Positions 1 to 10,295 of a DNA stretch of 44,041 nucleotides are shown in pieces. Positions within the stretch are counted from its first letter, which is position 1; every line of letters begins with the position of its first letter. The stretch lies in IMG/VR virus record IMGVR_UViG_3300022660_003376. One strand, given 5' to 3'. Source of the stretch: an uncultured virus (IMG/VR IMGVR_UViG_3300022660_003376) (Duplodnaviria; Heunggongvirae; Uroviricota; Caudoviricetes). The translations under genes were made by a program, and so were the position numbers. The notes under the pieces were generated by a model. It was not told the DNA's origin. It ran no database searches and saw nothing but the letters and a program-made list of their open reading frames with translations.

Positions 1-747
1 GAAACACAGGATTACCTTAGACAGCTGAATGAGCAGTATATAAAGTTACAGGAACAGCTTAAACTTTTAGAGGGTAAGCCGAAGCCTATAGCACCGTCAT
101 TCACATCGGGCACTCTGTTTTATCCTACAGTTGAGATAAACAATATACCTTTAACTAAAATACTATATATTAAAGAGTATTCACCTTGCAGGTATTTAAC
201 TTCATTTTTACTTGCTTACAGGAACTATTTAAATTATAAGCGTAATAAGAGAGTTAAGTTAGTATTTGTAATACAGAGAGGTACTTGCATTTCTAAGAGA
301 TATGATTTTGCTACGATGATTTCACAGGAGTCTGCAAAAGATGCATCTTTATTTAAGAATGACATAATAGCTGTTAATGTTCCGCAGAAGCAGGTTATTG
401 AAAGACTTCTTAATAAAGATGGTGGTAACTACGACATAGTTATTTTAGTAGACCGTCTTTACAGTGCGAATATTTTAAAAAGTTCACACAAGAACTTTAA
501 GAAGCTAGATGCAATATCAGGCAAGAGTGATATTACCAGATACGGCTTAAATACATCAAATGTAATATTACCTCACATAAGTTTATCAGGCAAAGAATTT
601 GGTTTCATACCTATTATTAAGTCATATCCTGCCGAGGATGAGAACAGCAGATATGTTGCATATCAGCATGCATGTGGCGAAAAGGGTGTTTTGGGTGATA
701 AAGACAAGTCTTTATACGATAAACTTGATAGTTTAATCGGAATTTAG
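1..747 (+). CDS. hypothetical protein, 5'-partial (extends beyond window start)
   Basis: Frame 1 is open from base 1 (ETQDYLRQLNEQYIKLQEQLKLL...) into the tracked ORF 316..747, so the true start lies upstream of the window. Confidence 0.8.
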   Translation, partial: ETQDYLRQLNEQYIKLQEQLKLLEGKPKPIAPSFTSGTLFYPTVEINNIPLTKILYIKEYSPCRYLTSFLLAYRNYLNYKRNKRVKLVFVIQRGTCISKRYDFATMISQESAKDASLFKNDIIAVNVPQKQVIERLLNKDGGNYDIVILVDRLYSANILKSSHKNFKKLDAISGKSDITRYGLNTSNVILPHISLSGKEFGFIPIIKSYPAEDENSRYVAYQHACGEKGVLGDKDKSLYDKLDSLIGI

Positions 748-762
748 TTAGGGGGTTAATAG

Positions 763-2955
763 ATGTTATTTAGACACAAGAAAAGAACAGTACCAGCGAT
801 AAAGTTATGGGATAAGATAGTTTCTTGTTGGTTAAGTAAGAATGATAGTACTCATGGTGAGTTACGTTCAGCACCATATTATATGGACATGAAGGGTATT
901 TATAGTGGCGAGAATAACGTAACTTATGTTTACACAATAGACGGGTATCCTGCTGAGTTAGATATCTCATACAGGAGTTTGCTTCGAAGAGAGTGTAAGG
1001 ACGGGGTACGAATATCGTTCATAAGTACTTTTGACAGACATAGGATACAATGGACATCACCGCAGATGAAATCAAAGCTTCGTACATGGAGATTGCTTGA
1101 CTCTGATGGTGAAGGCGTAGATGCTTATAATATACATGATAACATGGCTATACTCGATAGTCAGGCAAGACGCCGTGAGAGTATAGAGTATCTTACAGAT
1201 GCAGAAATAAGAAGAAGGCGAAAAACCTTTAAGTTTAGAAGTATAATGCTTGTGTCTGGGCAAAGAGGTGATAATTTCAATGATACAATAAAGGAATTGA
1301 CTGAGACCTGTGATGCTATGGGTATAAAGCTAACTAGGGTACTGTTAAATATTCAGGATTATCTGAGTGTGTTTAGTCCGTTTAGTTTAGAGTTTAGTGG
1401 TGATGTGTTAAAGCAATGTGGTAGTAATGTACTTACAGACGAACTGCTTGCAAGGCTAAACACATACGCTCAGGGTACTATCGGTAAGAGAGGTGAGTAT
1501 TGGGGTACTGATATTTATTCATCGTTCCCTTGCTTTAAGGAAGCAAAGAAAACCGCTGAGTCAAATGAAAGTTGGTTGATAACTGCAGAAGCAGGCGGTG
1601 GTAAATCGTTTTTTGTTAAGTCTTTGTGCTTTCAGTTGCTTGCAAATAGTAAGTTTAACGGAACGATAATGGATATCGAAGGTTTTGAGTACATACCGAT
1701 GTCATCTTACTTATCCAATCACGATGACGTGGTAGTTTTAAACATGGCTGAGGGTAGTGGTGTATATTTTGACCCAGTTGAGATAATATTGACTGGAGAC
1801 AAGGATAACGATGAGGGTATGTATAGTTTAAGTACATCATTCACATTGTCAATATTTAAGGTATTGCTTGGAGGGCAGGAAGATGACTGGGTAGACATAG
1901 TTATCAACGATGCAGTAGCTTTAACATACAACAAGCAAGGTGTATTTCAGGAGGATATGAGTACATGGCACAAGTCAAGGGGGTTGACATTGTATGATGT
2001 ATATAATACATTAAAGAGTTTGCTTTCAGACGTAAGCGATGGTTCTATATCTAATAAGTTCGAGCATTCAGACTATGATAAACGTGATAATCCAGATTTA
2101 ATGATGCATACAAATGATAATGACGTAAACAGCTTGGTTACAACTGACCAAGGCTATCAGAAAGCTGTTAATATGTGTCTTGCAAAGGTATCACGATACT
2201 TTGAGCGTGCAGGCACAAGAAGCTCATTATTCCGTAAGAAGATATCAGTTGAGGGTATCCGCAAGGTAAAACTTGTTGTATGCAGTTTCGGTATGGCAGG
2301 TAAGTCAGAAGTAAATGTCGACCCGATACAGATGTCTTTGATGCAGTTATGTGCAGCGAACATCTCATACTTACGCTCGATATTCTCAAAACTTGATGGT
2401 AAGTTTAACTTCAAGTTATGGGAAGAGTTTCAACGTTGGGGTGGTTTCCCTGATTCAGATAAGACAATCACAACAGCTTTAACTGGTGGTCGTAAGTTGG
2501 GCGATATCAATATCATAGTTACAAACAAAGTAAGTGATATACTTGCCAATGATAGATTTGGTATACTATCAAATATAACATCTGTAGCAATAGGTTGTAT
2601 TTGGGATGCTAAGGTAAGGGATGCTTTATGTGATAGATTATCTATTCCTCAGTTGAAACCAGACCTAAACAGGCTTGTAACTGAGAATAAGGATATGACA
2701 TCTTTCACTGAGGGTGATACGTTTATGAGTAATCCTTACAATAAGGCGTTTTTAATCGGCTTAGATAAAACGGTATTCACAATAGCTAGAATGTCATTAC
2801 CAGATGATTTGGCTCAAAGTGATATATTCGCTACAGGTGTTCGTACAGATATTCCAGATGATGATACATTAGAAGATGTTGATTGGGGTACTTCTGAGTA
2901 CGATACAGAAATATCCGAGGAAGACATTTCTTTTATAAAGAGTTTTGGTTTTTAG
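763..2955 (+). CDS. VirB4-like conjugative (T4SS) ATPase
   Basis: 730 aa; Walker A AEAGGGKS followed by IMDIEGFEY; Walker B-like KLWEEFQ; GRKLG motif; size and layout as in VirB4/TcpF-like proteins. Confidence 0.75.
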   Translation: MLFRHKKRTVPAIKLWDKIVSCWLSKNDSTHGELRSAPYYMDMKGIYSGENNVTYVYTIDGYPAELDISYRSLLRRECKDGVRISFISTFDRHRIQWTSPQMKSKLRTWRLLDSDGEGVDAYNIHDNMAILDSQARRRESIEYLTDAEIRRRRKTFKFRSIMLVSGQRGDNFNDTIKELTETCDAMGIKLTRVLLNIQDYLSVFSPFSLEFSGDVLKQCGSNVLTDELLARLNTYAQGTIGKRGEYWGTDIYSSFPCFKEAKKTAESNESWLITAEAGGGKSFFVKSLCFQLLANSKFNGTIMDIEGFEYIPMSSYLSNHDDVVVLNMAEGSGVYFDPVEIILTGDKDNDEGMYSLSTSFTLSIFKVLLGGQEDDWVDIVINDAVALTYNKQGVFQEDMSTWHKSRGLTLYDVYNTLKSLLSDVSDGSISNKFEHSDYDKRDNPDLMMHTNDNDVNSLVTTDQGYQKAVNMCLAKVSRYFERAGTRSSLFRKKISVEGIRKVKLVVCSFGMAGKSEVNVDPIQMSLMQLCAANISYLRSIFSKLDGKFNFKLWEEFQRWGGFPDSDKTITTALTGGRKLGDINIIVTNKVSDILANDRFGILSNITSVAIGCIWDAKVRDALCDRLSIPQLKPDLNRLVTENKDMTSFTEGDTFMSNPYNKAFLIGLDKTVFTIARMSLPDDLAQSDIFATGVRTDIPDDDTLEDVDWGTSEYDTEISEEDISFIKSFGF

Positions 2956-2984
2956 TTTAATAAATTTTGAGAGGAGTCATGGGT

Positions 2985-3905
2985 ATGACAGATTTAGATG
3001 ACAAGCCTAAGAAATCCAAAAAGCCGATATTTATATTAAGTGGTATTATTGGATTTATAGTTTTGCTTATAGTAGCGAATGTAGATACTGCAAACAAGGA
3101 AAAGAAAGCATTAGAGGCACAGCAGTCACAGAACAATGCAAATCAGGCTGTGGTAACAAACGTGCAGACTGCTATGGTTCAGCAAAACTTGAGTGATGCT
3201 GAATTAGAACAGCAGGCTCTTATTCAGACATTTGGTGAACCGCCTGTAGGTTTCAGATGGGATAATACAGGTGAGTTAATAGCTTTAAGTGATGAAAGTT
3301 TAACTTCTGAAGAGGTTGCATGGCGTTATTTGCAGGCTTTATCTAATAAGGATTTTGCAACAGCTCAGAAGTACGCACAAACTGGGTACTGTGTAAATAC
3401 ATACAATAGTTTTTACGATTCTGACTCTTATTCAACGTCTGAGTTAATGAGAACAATATACTCAGAAGCAATAGGTTCGCTTGAGTTACTTGAGTGCAAG
3501 CAGAATGGTATATTTGCTAATGGTACATGTATATACACTTTCAGGGCTAATATTCTTGATTTGTCTAATAAGACATTTTGGGAGGATGATAGCGAAGAGG
3601 TATTTGAGACAATACGTGGTTATACTGCGTATGAAAATGATACTTTAAAAGCAGAGCAATATGTAAACAATTTGATAATGGATTATTATCGTTCAGGCGA
3701 AGCTAAAATGCAGGAAGTAATGTTTGATATTGTTGTAGATAAGGTTAGGCTTGGTGGGTATCTTATTTCCGATGATTCGAACTTAGACGTAATATGTCGT
3801 TATATGGACGGTACAACAGTGTATCAGTATATAATGGATAAGTTTTCAGTTTGGTCTGCGGAGCAGGCAAAGAGTAAACCATTAGGCGAGGAGGTAGTGA
3901 ACTGA
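2985..3905 (+). CDS. bitopic membrane protein, probable transfer-apparatus component
   Basis: Basic N-terminus plus one TM (IFILSGIIGFIVLLIVA), Gln-rich stalk, AWRYLQALSNKDFATAQKY (NTF2-like start); RBS GAGGAG 2971-2976 favours ATG 2985. Confidence 0.7.
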   Translation: MTDLDDKPKKSKKPIFILSGIIGFIVLLIVANVDTANKEKKALEAQQSQNNANQAVVTNVQTAMVQQNLSDAELEQQALIQTFGEPPVGFRWDNTGELIALSDESLTSEEVAWRYLQALSNKDFATAQKYAQTGYCVNTYNSFYDSDSYSTSELMRTIYSEAIGSLELLECKQNGIFANGTCIYTFRANILDLSNKTFWEDDSEEVFETIRGYTAYENDTLKAEQYVNNLIMDYYRSGEAKMQEVMFDIVVDKVRLGGYLISDDSNLDVICRYMDGTTVYQYIMDKFSVWSAEQAKSKPLGEEVVN

Positions 3906-3906
3906 T

Positions 3907-4050
3907 ATGTGGTTTATTGTTTTTCTGATAATAATGGTGTCGGTTTATGTAGCTAAGAATAAAAAACTTGAGGAAGACTATCGGAGTGGATGGTTTGGGG
4001 TAACTGGCATATTTCTTTTGCTTTGGGTAGTGTTGTCTATAATATTTTAG
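3907..4050 (+). CDS. 47-aa two-TM membrane protein (not in ORF track)
   Basis: ATG 3907 to TAG 4050: MWFIVFLIIMVSVYVAKNKKLEEDYRSGWFGVTGIFLLLWVVLSIIF; GAGGAGG upstream; fills the gap between two genes. Confidence 0.7.
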   Translation: MWFIVFLIIMVSVYVAKNKKLEEDYRSGWFGVTGIFLLLWVVLSIIF

Positions 4051-4062
4051 GAGGTGTATTAA

Positions 4063-6465
4063 ATGGGCTTTGACGGTTTATCAGGCGGAGGAATGGATGT
4101 AGATTCTCTGAGAGCCGATAGAAATAATAGAATGAACCCACCAGACTTTGCCCCAGGTCAAGAAGACGATTTCTTTGATGACACTTTATTTGGTGGTAGC
4201 GGAGGCTTTGAAAGCAATTCAGGTTTCGGAGACAGTTTTGGTGGCGGTTTCGGTGGAGATAGCTTTGGTGGCGGTGGTTTCGGTGGTGCAGGCACATTCA
4301 ATGCACCACAGCAACCGCAACAACCTACTGAAGTTACATCAGTAGAGGATAAGATATTTGATGGTCTTGCTATAGGTGCTAAGAAAGCCTTTGCTTTCTC
4401 TAAGGCGTTTACTGTATCTATGAAGGGTTTAACACCTAAGTTTTGGGCTTCATGGGGTAGTAATACTTTTGTAGTTGGTTGTGCTTCTGGTGCATTGGGT
4501 TTAATACTCAAGTTATTCAAAGCTGGTACGATAGGTACTGATTTCTTAATAGGTGGTTTGTTATCATCAGCTGTTGGGGTATTTGTATTGATGTTTAAGG
4601 TAGATAAGGCTAAGGCTTACACTTCATTCTACATAGACGAAAATACAACTCCAATAGAGCAGGGCTTTGATGATAATGATTCTATGGATTTTGCAGAAGA
4701 TGATGCGTTTGGCGACGAAGACGCATTTGACGATGAAGACACATTTGATGATGACGAATTCGGAGATGAGGATGCATTTGGAGATGATGACTTCGCTGAA
4801 GATGATTGGGGTGACCAGTCGGATTTTACTGATGGTTCTGATGATTCTAGTTTCTTTACACAGGGTCAAGAGCCATCAGAACCTGTATCAATGGATGAAG
4901 CAGTTGAAACTCTTGCGGAGGTAGAGAAAGGAATGTTTACAAGACAGTATTTATTTGAGACATTTACTAAAGTTATGCCTAGTTATTGTGCTAACTTTTC
5001 TGAAGTAGAGGTAGTTACAGAAGATGATGATGACTTCTACAGATATGAGGGTTTTGTAAGAGAAGCTTGTTCTATTGTAGGTGTAAAGGATGAAGATTTA
5101 CCTAATCTTTTATCACTTGAGCGTACATTGCTTACTGAGAAACTTACGTTTGAAAGACCACCAGGTTTAAGTCCTGAGAAGGTAAAAAATCTTGCTGAAG
5201 AGTTAAGAAGCATGTATGCATATAACGGGGTATCTGTTCAAAATAGCGTAACAGTAGATTCTCAAGTTGTAGGTCGTAGATGCATTATAACAATATACAC
5301 TGGTAAGAAAATAAATGTATCTTTATCGGATATGTATAGCGACCAAGATTGCAAGGATTTTGTATTAAACACAAAGAATTACATGCCTATAATAATTGGT
5401 GTTACACCACAAGGTAAGATTATTTACACAGACTTCAAACAGATTGAGTCGATGATTGTAACAGGTATGCCAAGAAGTGGTAAGTCATGGTTTGTTAAGG
5501 CGATACTTGCTCAGATGTGTGCATATGTACCGCCTAGTGAGTTAAATATTTACATATGCGACCCAAAAGACGGTATCTCAGACTTTAAACCTTTTACATT
5601 ACCACACGTAAAGAAGTTCGCAACTACGCAGGAGAGTATTATAAATACACTAAGACATGTTGTTAGGGTACTTGCTCCAGAGCGTAAGAAAATTATAGGT
5701 GATGCAGGTTTTCAGAAAATATGGGATTACAAGGAGAAAAATCCTAATGTTCATATGCCTGTAATTTATATTGTTATAGATGAGGTTATGTCTTTAGTTT
5801 CAAACATGGGTACTGATAAAGATGCCAAAGACGAGTTTAAGGTGCTTTTAAGAGAGTTGATATCTCAGTTACCTGCTTTAGGTATAAGAATATTTTTAAT
5901 ACCGCATGTTCTCAACAACGAGATTGTCGAGAAGAAAACATCAGATATTGTCGCTTGTAAGATATCTGTTTGTGGTAATGCCGAGCACATTGAGAAAGCT
6001 ACTGGTTCTAAGCCAAAGGATTTTCCTTTTAGTTTATCAAATACTGGTGATATGGCTGTGAGAATGCCGATAGTGTCATCGTCAACTATGTTTATACATG
6101 CCCCTACACTTTTTGACACAGACGGCAAGGTAAATGATTATTTCGCATATATGAGCAAGGTATGGAGTAAGCTTGAGCCAGAAGAGGTAAGGGATTCACG
6201 TGCTACTGATTTATTTGAGGAACAAAACCAGCAAGAGTTACTCAACATGGCGAGTGAGGCATTAAATTTGGATGCAGATGATGCTGACTTTGATGTTTTT
6301 CTTGATGATGATACTCCATCTGATGTCAATGGTACAGGAAGTAATGAAACAAACGATTTACCGACTGAAAGAAGCTTATTCACAGATGAAAACGAGCAGG
6401 GTTTATCGGGTATCGCTGATAGTGCTGTTGCAGATACATCAGACGATGATTTCTTCTTTGGGTAA
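4063..6465 (+). CDS. FtsK/SpoIIIE-family ATPase (TcpA-like coupling protein/DNA translocase)
   Basis: Two TM segments ~aa135-180; Walker A TGMPRSGKS; ICDPK; Walker B IVIDE; Gly-rich and acidic linkers; RBS AGGAGGT. Confidence 0.8.
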   Translation: MGFDGLSGGGMDVDSLRADRNNRMNPPDFAPGQEDDFFDDTLFGGSGGFESNSGFGDSFGGGFGGDSFGGGGFGGAGTFNAPQQPQQPTEVTSVEDKIFDGLAIGAKKAFAFSKAFTVSMKGLTPKFWASWGSNTFVVGCASGALGLILKLFKAGTIGTDFLIGGLLSSAVGVFVLMFKVDKAKAYTSFYIDENTTPIEQGFDDNDSMDFAEDDAFGDEDAFDDEDTFDDDEFGDEDAFGDDDFAEDDWGDQSDFTDGSDDSSFFTQGQEPSEPVSMDEAVETLAEVEKGMFTRQYLFETFTKVMPSYCANFSEVEVVTEDDDDFYRYEGFVREACSIVGVKDEDLPNLLSLERTLLTEKLTFERPPGLSPEKVKNLAEELRSMYAYNGVSVQNSVTVDSQVVGRRCIITIYTGKKINVSLSDMYSDQDCKDFVLNTKNYMPIIIGVTPQGKIIYTDFKQIESMIVTGMPRSGKSWFVKAILAQMCAYVPPSELNIYICDPKDGISDFKPFTLPHVKKFATTQESIINTLRHVVRVLAPERKKIIGDAGFQKIWDYKEKNPNVHMPVIYIVIDEVMSLVSNMGTDKDAKDEFKVLLRELISQLPALGIRIFLIPHVLNNEIVEKKTSDIVACKISVCGNAEHIEKATGSKPKDFPFSLSNTGDMAVRMPIVSSSTMFIHAPTLFDTDGKVNDYFAYMSKVWSKLEPEEVRDSRATDLFEEQNQQELLNMASEALNLDADDADFDVFLDDDTPSDVNGTGSNETNDLPTERSLFTDENEQGLSGIADSAVADTSDDDFFFG

Positions 6466-6495
6466 ATAAAAATTTCAATAAGTGAGGTGGCATAT

Positions 6496-8055
6496 ATGGT
6501 AGTTTGTAATATTACAAAGTCCGAATTAATGTCAAGCCTTACTGCTTACGGTGTTGAAGTCAGCAAGGGTACTTCTGATTTATTCAAGAAATATACAGAG
6601 ATACGATGTGCAGATGGGTATACTGACCTATCTGCACATTCACACTACAATGAGGTAGTGCAGACTGCTGACTTTAACAACGATAATCAAGAGGGTAGTT
6701 TAGTGGATATAGATATGAGTAATGATTTCTCAGATTTATCTCCAATATTAGACAATAATGAAGTAGGGCAGAATACAGAAGAAGCAACAGAGGGTACTGA
6801 GGAGGTACATGAGGAAGTTGAAGCAACGGGCGATGTCGCTGAAGATGCGTTTAGTAATGTTGAGGATGAGGGGTATGAAGATTTAGACTTCTTAAATTAT
6901 ACAGCAGTAGAGTGTGAGGAAGAGTCTAGCACGGTAGAAGCAGAGGTCAATAACGAAGACTCTGAGGTAGAAACTAATAATGAAGGGGTTAATACAACAG
7001 AAGCAAATATTAGTGAGGTTGAAGAAGAACCTAAAACAGAGGGTACTGCTATAAGTGTTTCAGATGAGTATGAGTTAAACAACTTAGAGCAGGATGAAAA
7101 CATGGAAGAACAGGTAGAAATAGATGCTACTGCAACTATTTCAAATGAGAATATGAATGAAACAAGTTCTGATGAAGCTGACGAATTTGAGTCAGCTCAA
7201 TATGACCATGAAGACATATATTTCATGGATTGTGTTGCAGAGGAATTTTGTGAAATAGATAATAACCGTTCAAGTTGTCTTGACGAGAGTACGCCTACAG
7301 GTAATTTTAGTATAGAACAATCGTCATCTGATGCGGAAGAAGCGTTAGATGTAAGTAATAATACAGTGGGTATCTCAGCTATTGCAACTGAAAGCACATC
7401 TATTATATCAGAAGAGTCTGAGGAGGATGGAGATTTCAATTATAATACAGATGGTTATGACGAAGATACCGAAGACGGTTGGGATGCTGATGACGATATA
7501 GATAACTGGGGCGAAGGTGAAGCAGGTGACGAAGACTTAGAAGATGAAGACTCAGAGGATGAAGATGACTGGGACGAGGATGAAGATTCAGAAGAAGATG
7601 AAGGTTTTGATGAAGAAGATGAAGGTTTCGATGAAGACTTAGAAGAGGATGAAGGCTTTGGTGACATAGATAACTGGGATGATGAAGATTCTGAAGATGA
7701 CATTATTTCTAATGCTGTAGTTGACTGGTTGGAGAGTGGTTCAAATAGTATGTTTGAGAGACAGGCTGATAGTAGTCCAGTAATACCAATAAACCCAAGG
7801 GTATCACACCCACAAGAGACAGTTAGAAAGCCGAGTCCACCTAAGAAGCCCACATCTACGGGTATGAGTAAGCCGAAGCCAGCATCTGTTGAGGTAGTAA
7901 AACCGAGAGATGCTGATGCTAACGAGATTCGCACTTTCGTAAGAGAGCACCCTAAGTGCTCACATACTGATTTGGTAAAGTATTTTACAAGTAAGTCAAT
8001 TCAGAAGGCGTTACTCATGGGCAAAATCATAAAGAAAGGGAACATATACAAGTAA
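6496..8055 (+). CDS. very acidic low-complexity protein with small basic C-terminal domain
   Basis: D/E-rich over ~400 aa, Pro/Lys linker, ~45-aa basic tail; RBS GAGGTGG favours ATG 6496. Confidence 0.75.
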   Translation: MVVCNITKSELMSSLTAYGVEVSKGTSDLFKKYTEIRCADGYTDLSAHSHYNEVVQTADFNNDNQEGSLVDIDMSNDFSDLSPILDNNEVGQNTEEATEGTEEVHEEVEATGDVAEDAFSNVEDEGYEDLDFLNYTAVECEEESSTVEAEVNNEDSEVETNNEGVNTTEANISEVEEEPKTEGTAISVSDEYELNNLEQDENMEEQVEIDATATISNENMNETSSDEADEFESAQYDHEDIYFMDCVAEEFCEIDNNRSSCLDESTPTGNFSIEQSSSDAEEALDVSNNTVGISAIATESTSIISEESEEDGDFNYNTDGYDEDTEDGWDADDDIDNWGEGEAGDEDLEDEDSEDEDDWDEDEDSEEDEGFDEEDEGFDEDLEEDEGFGDIDNWDDEDSEDDIISNAVVDWLESGSNSMFERQADSSPVIPINPRVSHPQETVRKPSPPKKPTSTGMSKPKPASVEVVKPRDADANEIRTFVREHPKCSHTDLVKYFTSKSIQKALLMGKIIKKGNIYK

Positions 8056-8070
8056 TTAGGAGGTTATAAG

Positions 8071-10077
8071 ATGAAGATTAGGGGCAAGAGATTGTTCGCT
8101 ACTTGTTTAATATTAGCGTCAGTACTATGTACTATGACTGGTTGTTCTGATGCTGAAGTTGAGAGTCTTAGGAAGATTGAGGCTCTCAACGGAGAAAGTG
8201 AGTTTTCAAATGTAAATATGTCAGTTTCCGAGAAGGAGGCAGCAGTTTACACTCAGGTGTCAAACAGAACATTGTTAGATTTAACAGCTTTGGCTGATGT
8301 ACCAGATGGTGATTTGCAGACTGTATTGGGTTACATGGATTCGTTTGATGCTCAGTTATGTGGTTCTCTTGAGAAGAGAATTATTGATGATTGTTACACG
8401 GACTATTTGCTAATGGAGTTCCAGAAGACACCGTTTTATTGGCAGAGGACTAAGACTCAGGTGTTGGGTATGGATAGTGCTTCAAGAAGTATTGTATTAG
8501 ATGTAACTTACAACACTATAGACTTCAGAAAGGATATCCAGCAAGACTCAACAATAGTTCAGGGTGAGCCGAATTACACGCAGTTGATGTCTATACGTTA
8601 TGAGCGTTGGATGAATATACTCAAACTAAAGTATGGGTACAATAACAATAAAACATCATATGAGAGTATGCTTGCTGAATTTGAGAGTGTTTACGGTGAT
8701 GTAGACTCAATTATAAACTCTCAGCGTAATGACAGTTTAACTGACTCTATCTACATTACAGGTAATCAGAAAACATATACTGGACTTGTAGACAGTGATA
8801 TGGAACAGTTGGGTGCTTCGATGACTGTAAGGTTTATATTAGTACCGACATATACATTGGGTATCAATCAGGGGTACACTTGCAGACATATGTATGTAAC
8901 GTCATATGCTCTTGAGTCAGACCCAACAAAGCAGTTGGCTTTAGATACGGACTCTGATACTTTTGCGATTGCTTCATCTATATATAGTACATTAAATAGA
9001 TACTATATTTGTAAAGATGAAAATAATTTTAGTGGTTTATACAAACTTACTGATAATTTCGGTAGCCTTGATAAGCACTTTGAGGATTTGTTTGATACTA
9101 CATACAGAAAGCATGATAATTTTGATTTATCGATATTTAGCGTTAAGGGTACTAAGATTGAATGCGGTGTATCTGTATCGACGAAGATAAGACCAAAAGG
9201 CAGTAACATATCTCTCCCGATTTATACTGATAGATACTATTATACTATTGAGTTAATTGATGGTGAGTTGAAGGTTACAAATGAAGTATTACTCAGTAGA
9301 GTTATCGAGGGTGAGCCTGCGATAGATACTACTGAGATATCCACAACTGGTTTTAGTTCTAATATTACGCTTACTGATGATGATAGAAGAAGTATTGAGA
9401 CTTTAATTGCTGATATGGGAGCACAGCAGTTATTGAATGATACAATATCGGATAATTTCAATGCTCTTATCGATTTGAGTTTATCGCAGAGTCAGGTTGA
9501 TACAATAAAAACTAGGGCATCTTATTTCAGTGGTAAGAATAAGAAGAAGGCTGTATGGCTTACTTCATATTTGGTAGGTCATAATAACTATGCTTCAGTT
9601 AAGTGTTCTGAATTATATCAGGCAGACGATAATAGTGTTACTGAAACAGAAACGACTTATGATTTCATCAAAAAGGGTGGTAGTTGGTATATTTACGACT
9701 TCTCGTATACTGCACCTGTAAAGTTAGACACAGAAACGCTGACAACTAAGAATTCATTATGCGTATGTTCAGCAGGCAAGGTTGATAGTTTTGTATCTCA
9801 GGTAGAGTTTATAGAGAGTGAAGAAGTGGGTACGGATGATGAGGTTACAATACATTCTGTAACACATGATACATATACGCCTTTCCTCAAGAACGGATAC
9901 GCTCCACCTGTGGTAGACTCATCAGAGGAGAGCAATACTGATAAAGAGGAAGAGTTAAACAAGGTAGATACAAACAAGGAAGAGTCCACGGAAAGCGATA
10001 CTACGGAGAAGACTAATGAAGCGGATGATTCAGAAGAGTCAAAAGAGCCAGAAGTGACTACAACTGTTAATACATAG
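8071..10077 (+). CDS. large lipoprotein, probably conjugation-associated
   Basis: Signal peptide with lipobox-like MTGC; 668 aa; last gene before terminator; RBS AGGAGG. Confidence 0.7.
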   Translation: MKIRGKRLFATCLILASVLCTMTGCSDAEVESLRKIEALNGESEFSNVNMSVSEKEAAVYTQVSNRTLLDLTALADVPDGDLQTVLGYMDSFDAQLCGSLEKRIIDDCYTDYLLMEFQKTPFYWQRTKTQVLGMDSASRSIVLDVTYNTIDFRKDIQQDSTIVQGEPNYTQLMSIRYERWMNILKLKYGYNNNKTSYESMLAEFESVYGDVDSIINSQRNDSLTDSIYITGNQKTYTGLVDSDMEQLGASMTVRFILVPTYTLGINQGYTCRHMYVTSYALESDPTKQLALDTDSDTFAIASSIYSTLNRYYICKDENNFSGLYKLTDNFGSLDKHFEDLFDTTYRKHDNFDLSIFSVKGTKIECGVSVSTKIRPKGSNISLPIYTDRYYYTIELIDGELKVTNEVLLSRVIEGEPAIDTTEISTTGFSSNITLTDDDRRSIETLIADMGAQQLLNDTISDNFNALIDLSLSQSQVDTIKTRASYFSGKNKKKAVWLTSYLVGHNNYASVKCSELYQADDNSVTETETTYDFIKKGGSWYIYDFSYTAPVKLDTETLTTKNSLCVCSAGKVDSFVSQVEFIESEEVGTDDEVTIHSVTHDTYTPFLKNGYAPPVVDSSEESNTDKEEELNKVDTNKEESTESDTTEKTNEADDSEESKEPEVTTTVNT

Positions 10078-10095
10078 TGTAAATTATAATTATAT

Positions 10096-10146
10096 GGGGG
10101 CATTATTGTAACTCAGTTCGAGTTATGATGATGCTTCTATTTATTT
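10096..10146 (+). terminator. putative intrinsic terminator ending the transfer cluster
   Basis: GGGGCATTATTGTAACTC/GAGTTATGATGATGCTTC stem with G:U pairs, then T-rich tract. Confidence 0.6.
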
Positions 10147-10295
10147 GCCTAAAAGGTGCAAAAACAAGTAAGTTTGAAGAAGTTTTGTTAGTTACTTTTT
10201 AAAATTCTATAATCTATTTGCATTCTTGATATTTACTTTGATATGCATTGTATAAAGTGTATTAAACAAAAAATTATATCGAGGAGGATTTACAT

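Noticed and set aside
4665..7710. GATGAAGA-type periodic repeats as a possible CRISPR array
   Set aside because: In-frame Asp/Glu codon runs; no constant repeat with unique spacers and no cas genes seen
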